Source of the DNA: Camelus dromedarius
Taxonomy: Eukaryota
Reading direction: 5' to 3'
Assembly (NCBI RefSeq): GCF_036321535.1
Contig: NC_087437.1
Location: 72,852,001-72,916,000, forward strand
Length of the DNA stretch: 64,000 nt
Each line of letters starts with the position of its first letter. The stretch's first letter is position 1. A program made the translations under genes and the position numbers. The notes beneath the pieces were generated by a model that saw only the letters and a program-made list of their open reading frames with translations, did not search any database and was not told where the DNA came from. This document shows, piece after piece, positions 25,821-38,320 of the stretch.

Positions 25821-27226
25821 AATTTTAAGTTTGCAAACTTCATACCAATACAAGCAGTATCATTGACAGAGAGTCGAGGATTCTGGGAAAAGAGGATGAT
25901 TTGATGTAGGTTAGTATATTTGGTACAAAGAACTAAAGTGTGGTTGGAGCTGTAGCTGTTGGCAGCAGTCACAGGTGTGTGTGGGCAGGACTTCTAGGTT
26001 CTGGACCTGGTAGGGCTCAAACAAGAGATGTGGTCCATCTGGGCAGCTGGTAGCTAAGACCACAGAGTCAAAGGCAAGACTCCTGAGCTAGCGTCATGGG
26101 AAACAGCACCGCAGATCTCTCCTGTTTCTACCTGCTCCCAGGCTGGGAGGGAATGACCCTCTCTGACCCGGCTTGCTCATGCTATCTATGAGATGCCCTA
26201 TAATCCACTCAGGGCCTTCCAACCTCATAAGAATATTGGTAGGTAATGCAACATCCCACTGGTGAGCCTAGTCTCTGTGAATTTTTCTATTCCCCACCTT
26301 AGACTTAATCATATTGTTAACCTGTGATACACCTATATCTAAACCATGCTTGTATTTATGTCTCTATTTATATCATCTCTATTATCTGTGTATCTGTATA
26401 GATAGATGGATGAGTAGCTATAAATGGATATCTTTATCTGCATATTTTCATATCTCATTTAAAGTCATCACCATTTATTGAAATTTACCCTTGAAAAATA
26501 GGAGGTATTGGGTCATATTAAATACAGGGTAAATATACTGTAAAAATGGGGTATTACAGTTGTATGTTGTACAGCCAGGGTTTTATTATGAGATTGCTGA
26601 TTGCTTCTCCAGATGGATTTAAATTGATGGCTCTAAGAAAATTTTTGCAAAACAGCCTCTTCTAGCTTATTAACCCTAGAAATGTGCTTTCCACTGCTTC
26701 TGGGAATATTCCACTTTTTTGTCATGGCTTCAAAATGCTTTGGACAAAAGAAATACTGGGTATTTTATTAAGTGAATATTATCGCCAAAGCCCAGGAATG
26801 ACTTTTTTTTTAGTACATGAAATCTTCTTTTAAAATCTGTTCAATACTGAATATACATTCTATTGGGTAATTATTACATAATACATTTGAAATTTTTAAA
26901 CATGTATTTGCAAAGTGATTTAGAGAAGCCCCTATAATATTTGTGCCTCTATTGTCTACAGTTTCTTTTTATTTATCCTGTCATCTCCTGTAGATTCTGA
27001 ACAGACATAGGAATAACAAACAACCATCTCATTGTGTCTTTCTTTTCTTCTCCTTTTTCCTTTACAAGTCTAGAAAAAGGCATGGAAGTATAGTTAGTTA
27101 CCTAAGATCATACAGCCCTTTGTGGAGGCAAAGGTAGTCTTAGACTCTGGGATTTGTTGCCTTTTTTTTGACATTTTCCTTACCCATCACTTTAAGAAAC
27201 AAAAGATTTATACATGCCCTCAAAGT

Positions 27227-27229
<3 letters not shown>

Positions 27230-27272
<43 letters not shown>

Positions 27273-27293
27273 CACACACACATACATATATAT

Positions 27294-27323
<30 letters not shown>
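27230..27323. repeat. Compound (TA)n/(CA)n microsatellite
   Basis: About 20 TA units followed by mixed CA/TA. Confidence 0.95.
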
Positions 27324-27325
<2 letters not shown>

Positions 27326-27806
27326 TTATTTTAAAATCATTGCTCTGAATCCATATGCTATCTCATAAGTCAATAGAATAAAGACTGCATTTCAGGAAAA
27401 GAATTTTTGGTTGCATTAACTTTGTTGGTCTCTTTTTTTTTCCCCTAGCAGAAATACCCATGCTGGCTTCTCTGCTATTCCTCATGCTGTATATGCTGCT
27501 AAGCTGTTCCAAAGTGAAAATGAAAATTTTCTTTAGAAACTACTTTGTGTTCCTGCTGTTAATCTAATAGAAGTTCAGAAGTGGGAGAAAGAACAAAGTT
27601 GCTTTTTTGGTGATAAAGAACAATTCTGAGAGCATGGAAGCTTGCTCCAAAATTTAGTAGCTTTATATACATCATTTAGTATAGCCAAAGGGAACAATAT
27701 TACAAATTTCTCTGTAATGATTTGGCTAAAAAGTTGAAGTTGAAGTTGAAGGTAGACCATGAATCTGGATCTCTTAGGAATTAGAACCGTATCTAATTCC
27801 TGGTGG

Positions 27807-27834
27807 TTTTTTTTTTTTTTTTTTTTTTTTTTTT
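27807..27834. repeat. Poly(T) tract, 28 nt
   Basis: Directly visible. Confidence 0.95.
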
Positions 27835-29331
27835 GACTTGTTTCAGCCAATTGGTGATGAGAAGATGTAAGACAAAATGAGGTAAAAACAAAACAGAACA
27901 GAGAAACTAGTGTGAGCTTGAGATCTAGTAAAATAATGTGTGCAGCCTTCTAGAATCTAGTTAAATAAAAAAGCTACTAAAATTCTTAGAAATGTAAGAT
28001 CTCAAGATTTTTTTTTTTTTTTAAACAAACAAAGAACAATGGAAGATCCAGGAAGCCAGGCTAGGAGAGGAGTAGGTATGATGCCTTCATGTGGAAGGGG
28101 AAATCATCCATCCGCTAGTCTGAGCTGTTTTACAGTTGTGGTGATGGATTTGAACAATCTGTCCAAGCCTTTTTGCCCAATTCCTCTCTTTACCAGTTGC
28201 AGGCCTCTGTGAGATGGAGCAACATGAGCGAGATGAGGGAAGTTAAATGGATCTCCAGTGGTTTCCATGACCTTTGTCATCCGTCTCTTGGCTCTCATGC
28301 TGCTCAACGGGGAAGAGAAATATCCTAAATTCTGGGTGAACAGTCACTTAACTACTGAGAAAAACATGGAAATTAGAAAAAAAAAAAAAAGGAATATTTT
28401 TCTCTTGCATTTTGATCTCATAAGTGACCAAGTTCCCTTTTCTCTAGTTCAGAAAAAAGATCAGTAGATGCTGTCTGGATTGTAAACTCTAGAGGATCAC
28501 TATCATATACTTATCTTTATATTTTACTGTGCTTGACATTTGGCAGGGTCTCAGTAAATATTTGCTAAGCTTCATTGAATGAGTTGAGTAAAAAAAGAGG
28601 TCTAATTTTTTAGAAACCAAAACAGTTATAAAACCTTGATAAGAAGTATGCTTAAGTACATCATTCAATCTGTGTTTACAGATCAATTGAAAAGGGGGAG
28701 TTAAGGAGAGAAAGTCGAAAGATACTCCATTGACTGATATATAATTTGGGAATATCTTTGTGATCCACTTCTCCGGTCTCTTGTGGGACATGAGGATACT
28801 GGGGATGGGAGCAGAGCAACTTCCCCTGGCTCGACTTACAAGTCTAAGTGACATCAGTTGCTGTAAGCCTTTTGGCCTCTCTTCCCCACTTGACTCACTC
28901 TGTCCCAGAGGAGAAGAGGTAAGTATTTCATTGGTGCATTTGGAAAGTAAACTGGCTCTGGGTGGTTGGCAGCCAGCTGACCTCAGGAACTACACATTCT
29001 GGTCTTCTCCTTCACGCTCTAAGTTATACAGAGGCAAGTCCTCCAGCAGGAGGGGTGTGGGGTCTGGAGACTGAGTCTAATTCTAGAGTGCAGTTTCAGG
29101 AAGTCTGTTGTTGTCCTGCACCTAAGCCATGTCCTTCTTCATTATCTTTATCAGTAATAAGGGTGACATTTTTATCTCCTTCTGCCAGATTTCCATGTCT
29201 ATCTTTTCGTTGTTTTCAAACTAGATTGGGAAAAGAATGTTCTTTTTCAGTCCCCTTCAAGACTTGTAAGGTACTTTACTGGCTCCAGCAACTCTGCAAA
29301 TCTATATATTTTGCATCTGGTTATCCGATGT

Positions 29332-29850
29332 GTATTCATTCATTTATTCATTGAGCCATTCATTCAGAAATAGTTATTGAGCCCCTAAAATATGCCAGGC
29401 ACCATGGTAAGCCCTGGGACCCTACCCATAAGGAGCTCACAGTGTAGTGTGTTTATAAAGCAATTTGACAAGTGGGTATGCATGTAGCTTCCCAAGAAGT
29501 GATAGAATCTGGGCTGACTTGCTCATTTTTTTGGTGTTTTCTCAAGTGAGTCGTAACAAATCAGTATTTGTCCAGGAGGTAGCCAGGTAGGTCCACCTGA
29601 TTTACCTGATCTGATCTGGTCTACCTGGTCAGACGTGAGGATGAAGGGGCAGGCAGGGGCTCAATTCTGAAAGACCCTCCCTGAAAACCAGAGCAAAGGC
29701 TATGGACTTTGCCTAGTAGGTAACAGACAACTGTGTAAGAGATTAGAGGAATGATATGGTCAGGTTTCTGTCCATAGGTCACTTAGATTTCGAGGACCAT
29801 CCATCTGAGGAAGACAAGCCTGAAAAGACCAGTTTACAGATTGTTCTAAG
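29332..29850 (-). mobile_element. L2 fragments (3' end at left)
   Basis: ATTCATTCATTTATTCATT...TTATTGAGCCCCTAAAATATGCCAGGCACCATG...AAGGAGCTCACAGTGTAGT. Confidence 0.7.
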
Positions 29851-30034
29851 TGAGAGACTCTAAAAACACATTTTAGCAGTCATCTGCCTATTTTTGTATT
29901 TCCTTTCCTTTTTTCTCTTGGCAGTCTTGACATTTTGTAGGATTAGCAGTAAGGGAGAAGAGACCACTTCTGGTGGTGGGTGGTGATGAAGATGATGAAG
30001 AAATGGAAGATGATAATGTGAATTAAGTTCTTGC

Positions 30035-30240
30035 TTTGAATTGCCACTGGGCGAAAATGCTTTTGTGCATTAGTTCATCTCATATTTACTAAATCCCTGT
30101 GAGGAAGATAGTGTTCTTTTCCATTTTATGTATGGGAAAACCAAGGCTTCAGGGATGAAATAACTTGCCCCAGGGCGGACAGCCAGCCAGCAGCCGACCT
30201 GGGAGGGTCTGACTGTTCCAGCCCGTCTGACTTCAGCTTC
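30035..30240 (-). mobile_element. MIR
   Basis: CCATTTTATGTATGGGAAAACCAAGGCTTCAGGGATGAAATAACTTGCCCCAGG. Confidence 0.75.
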
Positions 30241-32160
30241 CATTGTGATACCCCTGTGCTTTAGGGACAGCTTCATGGCACTTTACAGAGCACTTTCTTA
30301 CACAGTGTCTCGCTACAGCTCTGCCAGGATCCTTAGGTCAACCTTAAATTCACTCTAGACCTTGCTTATTCTCATTTAACAGAATCATGCTCATGAAAAT
30401 AGTTTGTAATATATTTTGAATGCATATTGAAATCACAAAATATATTGCTCCTTATTTGGACATAAATGACCAATTTAGTGCCTTCTTGGCCAAATTTTGA
30501 TAGTCAAAATGTCTTCACTTTATTATCAAACAGATACATATACAATGAGATTCAATGTTAACTTTAAATATATAAGAAATTATTCTGTAAAATATAATTA
30601 AAATATTGCAGATGAAGTGTGTTCTAGTTTATCCTTTGCTGTGGGTTAATTTATTCAACATTCAAAAATACTACGTACTTAACACTACTGTGCACTATTC
30701 CCTTTAAAGGTATAGAAGATGATAACTTGTTTCAGCTTGCTGTGTCACGCAGAGCCCAGCTCCATACCATTACACAGAGATCCTCAAGATCTGCTCTCAG
30801 TACCCACAAATCCAGTGAAAGAAAGTGAAGGAAGTACACTGTAGGGGCCCAAGCATCAAATCAACTTAATTTCTTTAAATCACTGCGTCACTTTAAATTT
30901 ACCAGTTTTATTCCTTGGAAATCTTCAAATTAGATTTATTTTTACCCCATCCATGTTGAAGCTAAAGGTGATCGTGTTGCTTTACATTTACTTAGCATTA
31001 GCTTAGATAAATAAATCAGATACCTGTTTATCCGGGATTCTGAGTGCTTCAACAACTGTTAGCATTACTCATTCCAAACCTCCTCGTTTTAAATAGAAAC
31101 CCCAAAGGTGTAATGAACAACTTGAATGACAATGAGTGGATTTGTGATCATTACAAGTGAGGGGTGATTCCAAACCACCCAGCAAGTCCTGGCTGGAATC
31201 ACCCTACAGTTAGAAATTGCAGATACATAGCCTGCTTTGTCCTGGACTTAGGCTGTCTCTCCCAGAGGGCTCTGGCTCTGGCTCATCTGATCTTCACTCC
31301 CTTCCCCTACTCTTCCCTCCTCCCTATAGGACCACACCTCCCTGGGCAGAATTGCCAAAGGAATGTGGGATGGCAGAGTTTCTGATTTCCTTCCCTGGCG
31401 ATGGAGAAAAATGACGGCATTACTCTTGGGCTTTAAGAAGTTCCCTTTGTTCCACTGTTGTCATGCTCTCTCACGTCCTGACTACCTATCTGAGAGAAAA
31501 GGTAGGGTCCAACTCTTGTTGTAGCAGCCACGATTCCTCAGCGCCTAGGCAAAGGAAGGGAAATAGCACAGGCGTTTAAAATTACTCAAGTGACTCTGAA
31601 AACTACACTTTAAAGAGGATGTGACTAAACTTATCCCTAATGTGCCAGGTTTATCCTTTGGAATAATTGGATAATTCCAGCAAATACCATATTGAAAGAA
31701 TTTTACCTGCCTGGCTTATTTCTAAGGTTTTTTAAAAAAGATGTTAATAAGACAATCAAATATAAAGTTTTATATAGTATTAATATTAACAATAATAAAC
31801 ACATTAAGAAGAGATGACAAAGATGAACTTAAAGAAAACCAAGATTTTATTCCAGAAAACTCTTTCCTAAAGTAAGCTTCTTAAAACAACTAAAGAGAAG
31901 CTAATTGGTTACAGTTAAACTTTCCTTTCCTTTTCCAGCTTCTTATAGGCTCATCTATGGGCTGATTTAAATGAGCCAAAAATTGAGAACATTCAAGTAA
32001 AAAAACCTTCAAAATAATGTAGCACTTAAGGGATTATTTAAAAGAAAGTGTGGTTTGTATTTTCCTCCAATAAAAAATGCTTGTTTATCTAATACAACTA
32101 CCTAATGTTACTCTAAGCATTTTCTGGTACAATTGGTTTCATTAAGAGTTCAAAAAGATG

Positions 32161-32698
32161 AACCTAAATGTCCATTGACAGATGACTGGATAAAGAAGTT
32201 GAGGTATATTTATACAATGGAATACTACTTAGCCATAAAAATGACAACATAATGCCATTTGCAGCAACATGGATGTCCCTGGAGAATGTCATTCTAAGTG
32301 ACATAAGCCAGAAAGAGAAAGAAAAATACCATATGATATCCCTTATATGTGGAATCTTAAAAAAAAAAAGAAAAATGAACTTATATATAAAACAGAAACA
32401 GACTCACAGATAAATACGGACTTGTAATTGCCAGGGGGGAGGCAGTTGGGAAGGAATAAACTGGGGGTTTGAGATTTACAGATACTGACTGGTATATATA
32501 AAATAGATAAACAAGTTTATACTGTATAGCACAGGGAAATATATTCAATATCTTGTAGTAGCTCATGGTGAAAAAGAATGTGAAAATGAATATATGTATA
32601 TTCATGTATGACTAAAGAATTGTGCTGTACACCAAAAATTGACACAACATTGTAAACTGACTATAACTCAATAAAAAAATTAAGTTAAATTTTAAAAA
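32161..32698 (+). mobile_element. Relatively young 5'-truncated cetartiodactyl/camelid L1 (end of ORF2 plus 3' UTR)
   Basis: AACCTAAATGTCCATTGACAGATGACTGGATAAAGAAG, ATGCCATTTGCAGCAACATGGATG, CTGTATAGCACAGGGAAATATATTCAATATCTTG, AATAAA plus A tail. TSD AAGAGTTCAAAAAGATG (32144-32160) / AAGAGTTCCAAAAAATG (32699-32715), 15/17, at a TT/AAGA endonuclease-type site. Confidence 0.95.
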
Positions 32699-33239
32699 AA
32701 GAGTTCCAAAAAATGAGAATCTTTTGAAACTAACATTTTAGTGTCTCTCCTTTTGATGGGGTAAGAATCTCCACATATTACCAAAATAGAAATATATTGA
32801 CAGAGTAAAGAATCTGGATTCAGCTTATCAGAGAAAATCTCAGCCATTTGTATGTTTGTTGTATTGTTTGACACTGATTTGTGACAAAAACCTAGATTAT
32901 GGAAATTCATGGGCATAAGCAAGTCTTTTCCTTTTCTGTTTTCTCACCTAGGCATTATTGACACTAAAGCTAAAAATACTTCTTGGAAGTACACCACAGA
33001 ATAGCCATTCTTTGAATTTATGGATTAAATGTTAAGTTTTTAGTGTGAACAGGTGACTCCATCAAAATATGGTTCAGAAAGGTAAGGAGTCTAGAAATAG
33101 AAACATAAGGAAAAAATCTCCCTTGGTTTCCAGAACATGTAGGCAGAATGAATGATTTACGCAACTATGACTAAACAGGCTAAACTGCTCTGTGGCTTTT
33201 TCCCCACGTTGTATGTACTCTACATCGGCCACTAAAGTT

Positions 33240-33745
33240 TGTATCTGTTAGAATACTGTCAGCCACAAGTCTATCAAATTAGTTTAATCATATAGAAAGT
33301 CACCGCCTCATATAACTGGACATCCTAGACTGAGTGGGCTTCAGCACTTGGACTCAGACGCATTCATCCCTGAGCTCTGCTGAACACAAGCTTCCTTTTA
33401 AGGAGAGTTGTCCTCATAATTGTTAGATATCTGCCTGCTGCAGACAGGGCTCCATGCATTTTTCTTCCACTTCCGCTGTAAGGGAGACTTGCTTCCTGTC
33501 GAGTCCCCTAAGAGCAAGGAAGCTTTTCCCCAGAAATATCTAGCAGAAGCTCTTTGAGCCCCATCAGTCTGATTTGGGTCACATGCTCATTTCAGAGCCA
33601 ATCACAAGAAAAAATTAATGCAATAACCGTTTAGTCTATCAGGCCACTGAAGGACTTGGACTGTGTTAGAAAAGGGTGGGTATCTAAAGAAGTATCACAG
33701 TCTGGCAGAAAGGAAGAAAAGAGAGTGAATGCTGTAGGCCCCCAG
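33240..33745 (-). mobile_element. Old MLT1 (K/L-like) LTR
   Basis: TGTATCTGTTAGAATACTGTCAGCCACAAGT start; TTTCCCCAGAA, TTGGGTCACATGCTCATTTCAGAGCCAATCAC. Confidence 0.6.
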
Positions 33746-34629
33746 AAATTTCTGGAGTTCCCAGGAGGAACACGGCTAGACAGTAAGTACTATGACATGA
33801 ACACACAGTAAGATTGGACATTGAAGCTACCAAATGAGACATAGAGAAGATCTAGTTATAAGAAGATGTACTGACCCTGATTCCCCAAGGCCCCCGTGGC
33901 TTACAGTGTGCCTGTCATGCTGTTTTTGGTCCAGACTGCCAGGCGGAAATGTGCAGCTCAGCAAATGGGTTGGAGCATGAGAGGATACTGCTAAGGATTT
34001 CTTTTTTCTTCACTTCTCAAGGAGAGAATAGAGCATGGTTATAAGTTGTCTGCAAAAAGGGAAGTAATTGGGCAATGATTCTGTGAAAGCTCTGCTCTCA
34101 AGTGTTATTTATGTCCGGGCTTTTTGCATCAGATACATGTGCTGACCCTGCGATGTGTGCGGGACTTAGAGTCGTGAAGATGATGAGACAGTCAGTAGCC
34201 AGCTTCTCGCGTCTCAAATGTGATATTTGAGTCTGAGGGAAAGCAAGACTCATAGCCCAGATCGGTTTTTTGGAGAGAAAAGTATTTTCTAAGTTTTTTT
34301 CTTTCCTTCTTTTGGTTTTCTTTAATATATCAAGAGGTAAGGCTTGATGGATTTGATCACAGACTTTAGAAGAGGGGTATCTGAGTCAGGTAGGAAAAGG
34401 AAGTGAGGAAAACTTGACCCTTTGGGTCCTGCTTGATTGTCAGGAGAAGAAAGAAAGCAGGCAGTCAGCTGTGTGCCCTGAACTCCGGGGAGTGCAAGGT
34501 GATGTTGGGGGTGTGTGGGGCAATGTCAGAGCGAGGAGAACCCACAGGGTCTGTCCTGCTTCCTGTTTGGGATGCTGGAAGAAGGCTCCCTCACAGGACC
34601 CAAGACATCTCAGCTCTATCCTGGGGTGG

Positions 34630-35097
34630 TGTGTTAGTTTCCCGGGGCTGCTGCAGCAAAGCCCTGCAGACTGGGTGGCTGTAGCACTTAAACCACGGCA
34701 GACATTTATTGTCACAGAGTTCTGGGGGCCAGAAGTCCAAAATCAAGGTGTTGGCAGGGCCACGCTCCGTCTGAAAGTTGTGCATGAGCTGCATCCTTTC
34801 TTCTGGCAGCTGCTGGCAGCCCTTGGCTTTCTTTGGCTTCCAGCTGCAGCATTTCAATCTCCACTTCTGTTCTCACATAGCCCTCTCCCCTCACGTGCCT
34901 GTCTCTTTGTGTCTCTGTGGCTCTTCTTATAAGGGCACCAGTCATGTTGGATTAAAGGTCCACCCTATTCCTGTATGACTTCATCTTAAATAATTACATC
35001 TGTAACGACCCTATTTCCAAACAAGGTCACATTCTAAGGTACTGGGGGTTAGGACTTCAAATATCTTTTTGGGGGGATCACAATTCAACCCTTAACA
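34630..35097 (-). mobile_element. MLT1C-like MaLR solo LTR
   Basis: AGTTCTGGGGGCCAGAAGTCCAAAATCAAGGTGTTGGCAGGGCC, GACCCTATTTCCAAACAAGGTCACATTCT, CACAATTCAACCCTTAACA. Perfect 5-bp TSD GGTGG (34625-34629 / 35098-35102). Confidence 0.95.
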
Positions 35098-35767
35098 GGT
35101 GGCCCCATAAAAGTAAAAGTGGTGCAGACTAGACAGGGACAGGCCTGGAATTTAGCTTTTTTCCCAAATAGCATAGACAGACTCAAAAACTCCCACTTGC
35201 CCCTGGGGGGCGTGGGTAGTGGTGGTGAATTGTGCTGAAAATCAGCAAGTAGGGGCAAAGTGGCTCTGGGCTACAGAGCCGACACCTAAACTTGGAACCA
35301 TTAGGGAAGAACAGTCAGACCTCTGGGGGGATGCACAGCATCACTGAGGACTGAGGAAGGATTAAGTCATCAGGAGAAATTCCTGGGCCCAGACTAGCTG
35401 ACAGAACAGACTGCAAATTATGAATTACACCAGCTGTGATCTTCAGTCGCAGATGCCAACAGAACTGTCAGTCCCGGGAGCAGCTGAGATCAGCAACCCC
35501 CCCCCCCCGAAGGGACCCCACGAAGACTCAGGCAGCACAGCATAGCTCCTTGAACTGTGCCTCCTCTCAACCACCTCGAGCTATGGGAGCCACATGTCTA
35601 CACTCACGTGTCATCTTGGAGATTAATAGGGGAAGGAAGTTGGGCTCTGAAAGACTGAGTATTTTTGTGAGTAATCCAAGCTGAGACCAAGCTAAAGAGG
35701 CAGATGGAAACTACTGGATTGAACTATATCTCCACCCCCTCTCCCACTGCACCCGCCCGCCATCTCA

Positions 35768-35768
<1 letters not shown>

Positions 35769-35813
<45 letters not shown>

Positions 35814-35820
35814 AGACACA

Positions 35821-35865
<45 letters not shown>
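35769..35865. repeat. (CA)n microsatellite interrupted by CAGA units
   Basis: About 97 bp, directly visible. Confidence 0.97.
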
Positions 35866-35869
<4 letters not shown>

Positions 35870-36191
35870 CTACCCAGAGGAAAGGGGGCTGGTGAGGAAC
35901 AACAGACCAGTCACATTTCTCAATCTAAAAGACATTTTCTTTACATCGGCATACGTTCTCCCTTATGTAATGACAGGTCGTTCTAAGGATCTGAAATGTT
36001 CGTGCATACTGATTGTGATTTCACATTTGTCTCCAACTAGGTTTGCTGTGAATGTATTTGTCCCTGCAGCTGTAAATAGACAGGCCTTTGCTAGGTTTAT
36101 GAAAGGCTGGTGGGCTCTGGTCAGTGTGGAGCTAAGGGCTGGTGAGAAAGCTTCGTGCAGACTCTACTCCACAGTTCCAGACTGGCTACTC

Positions 36192-36969
36192 TGATACTGA
36201 GCAGGACTCTGTGGGGTCCTCCCTGGTGCACATCTTTCCTGTTCCCTGTTTCTTGTTTGTAGAACATAGGTTTCATTCAGCCTCCTTGACATTCACTGAG
36301 CTGCAAAGGGCAGATTCAAGCAGTTGCTAATCAGGGAAGGGGGAGAATGCAGAAACAAAGAACAGTCAAGAAACAGTAGTGCAGCCTTGGGGCAGGGTCC
36401 TGTTTACCAAGGCTTGCCCCCAGGATCATACCCCTGCTCTGCCCTCAAATAGAAACCAATTACTCTTATTTAAGTCTCAGGAGGAAAAAAAAAGAAACAA
36501 GAACTGGTTATAACCTGCAAAGCCCAAGACAGTGGAGGATCTGACTTCCAGAGGACCTTTAGTCTCATTATATTGTCACTGTAATGTATTAGCATGTTAA
36601 GTGACACACCCACCAGCGCCATGACAGTTGATGATTGCCATGACAACAACCAGAAAAGCCCACGTACAAAGATGGAAAACAAAGGCAATCAGCTCCAGCA
36701 TACCTGGAACAAGGACATGATGATGGAAGCCTCCCATAAAAGTCCACGTGGCCCGAGCCACAGCTGGAGCTGTCTCCACCAGTCATCCTGCTGATGGCTC
36801 CCTGCTAGAGCACTTTATCCTCGTTAGAGCACTTTCTTTCCTTTTCCTCTTTTGAGCAATCAAGTGGCTTTGTCCCTCTGCCTCTGTGGCTCAAATTCTT
36901 TCACCGTCCATGACAAGGACCCACACTTTGGTGGGCTTCCTAATTTATGAGCCCCTCTGTCCACTAACA
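36192..36969 (+). mobile_element. ERV1-class solo LTR, MER41-like
   Basis: TG...CA ends and perfect 4-bp TSD ACTC (36188-36191 / 36970-36973). TTAGCATGTTAAGTGACACACCCACCAGCGCCATGACAGTT and TGCCATGACAAC match the recalled MER41 core. CATAAAA TATA-like near 36735; AATCAA polyA-like near 36858. Confidence 0.85.
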
Positions 36970-37554
36970 ACTCTAAAGAAGACTTAAGATAGGTAATGAT
37001 CTGCCTTAAACTCTATCAACTGACATACACTTCCACAACTCATCCCACAATAGATACCTTTTCTATAAGCATTGTGATATGATGCTGCTGTATTTCAAAT
37101 TTCTGAGTTGAGTTAATTCAGATGAAATACTGTCCGGAAATCTCTAAAAACATAACAAGCATTCTCTCAGGGATACCGGCCTGGGGTGCAAGTGAGGTAC
37201 AGATTACAGAACATTCATTCCATATCTCAGCCCTCCTTCATGGGAACTGTTGGAATTGCAGCTCTTTGAATCATGAATTCTGGCCTGAAGTGGAGGGGAT
37301 AATTAGGATCTTTCACAACTCCCATGTTCCTCCTGGTCCCTGAGGTCACCCAGCTCATAGGCTATTTTGGAACTTGCCCCGGCTGAGCACTCCAGCATCA
37401 CCTGGTGATCCCATGTGCCATTACTATTACTACTGCTGCTCCTTGGGCCATCTGACACAGCCATCATCTTGGAGGCTCCTCCCAGGAATGCAAATTGCTT
37501 GCCACCTTGAAAGCCCTTCCTTTACTCTCATAGTATCCATTACAGAAATCTGTT

Positions 37555-37720
37555 ATTTTACTTAACCAGGTGTATAGTATAATTATGTGAATTTTTTTTC
37601 CTCCAGGGGTAGACAGCAAGTTCTTCAAGACACAGGGACGATGTCTTTCACTTCCTAGTTGCAGTACCGTGTCTGATATGTAGTATGTGATCAATTAATG
37701 AAGAAAAGGATAAATGAAAG
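37555..37720 (+). mobile_element. L2 3' end
   Basis: AGACAGCAAGTTCTTCAAGACACAGGGACGATGTCTTT...TGTCTGATATGTAGTATGTGATCAAT. Confidence 0.6.
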
Positions 37721-38169
37721 AGGAAGAATTTTGGCTACTTTTGGTGTTGGTGCCTGTCACTGATTTGGACCAAGGAAGAGAGATAAGAGTGAGGAAAGAG
37801 CTCAAGTCATTAACTTGATCCCTCAGACTTCCTCTTCTGCAACTCACCAATCTTTCCTAGAGCTCATTGGAAAAGATACTGTCCCTTAACTTTGATCTTT
37901 CTAGTTGGATTGTCACTATAAAGGGATAAATTTCCACTCTTTAGAATAAAGTGAGAAAATTCCAGAAACTGGAGGTGTCTTGGAAACCATCAAAGGGATT
38001 TTCAGTCCTGAGAGTCAAGACGACTTTGTCCATCCACTGAAAGCTCCTGAGTTTCCTGACACTCCTGGGACTGAGGGGAGTCTGAGCTGTATCGCTTTTA
38101 CACCTGCCTTTTACTTTTCCACAAAGAAAACTGCTGCTTAAATCCTGGCAAAACGAGTAGTTTCCAGTG

Positions 38170-38320
38170 GACCTTATGCAGGACGTTTCAACTTTCTGAA
38201 TCTTAATCTTACCTTTAAATAGGGGAAAATGACACTTCCTGCCTTGTATTTAGAATTAGCAGTAATGTATACATAGTGTGTCTGGCAGAAATATAGTTGG
38301 TGTGAAATCCAAGCTATTAT
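38170..38320 (+). mobile_element. MIR fragment
   Basis: TTCAACTTTCTGAATCTTAATCTTACCTTTAAATAGGG...CATAGTGTGTCTGGCA. Confidence 0.5.

Noticed and set aside
34414..34978. Cluster of ORFs up to 172 aa
   Set aside because: Largely translations of the MLT1C-like LTR and its flank.
35199..35214. Possible CTCF site GCCCCTGGGGGGCG
   Set aside because: About three mismatches to the core consensus, including the conserved A; not supportable by eye.
35105..35745. Possible ancient Gypsy-like LTR relic flanking the MLT1C
   Set aside because: Only a vague resemblance, with no termini or TSD identified; needs a Dfam search.
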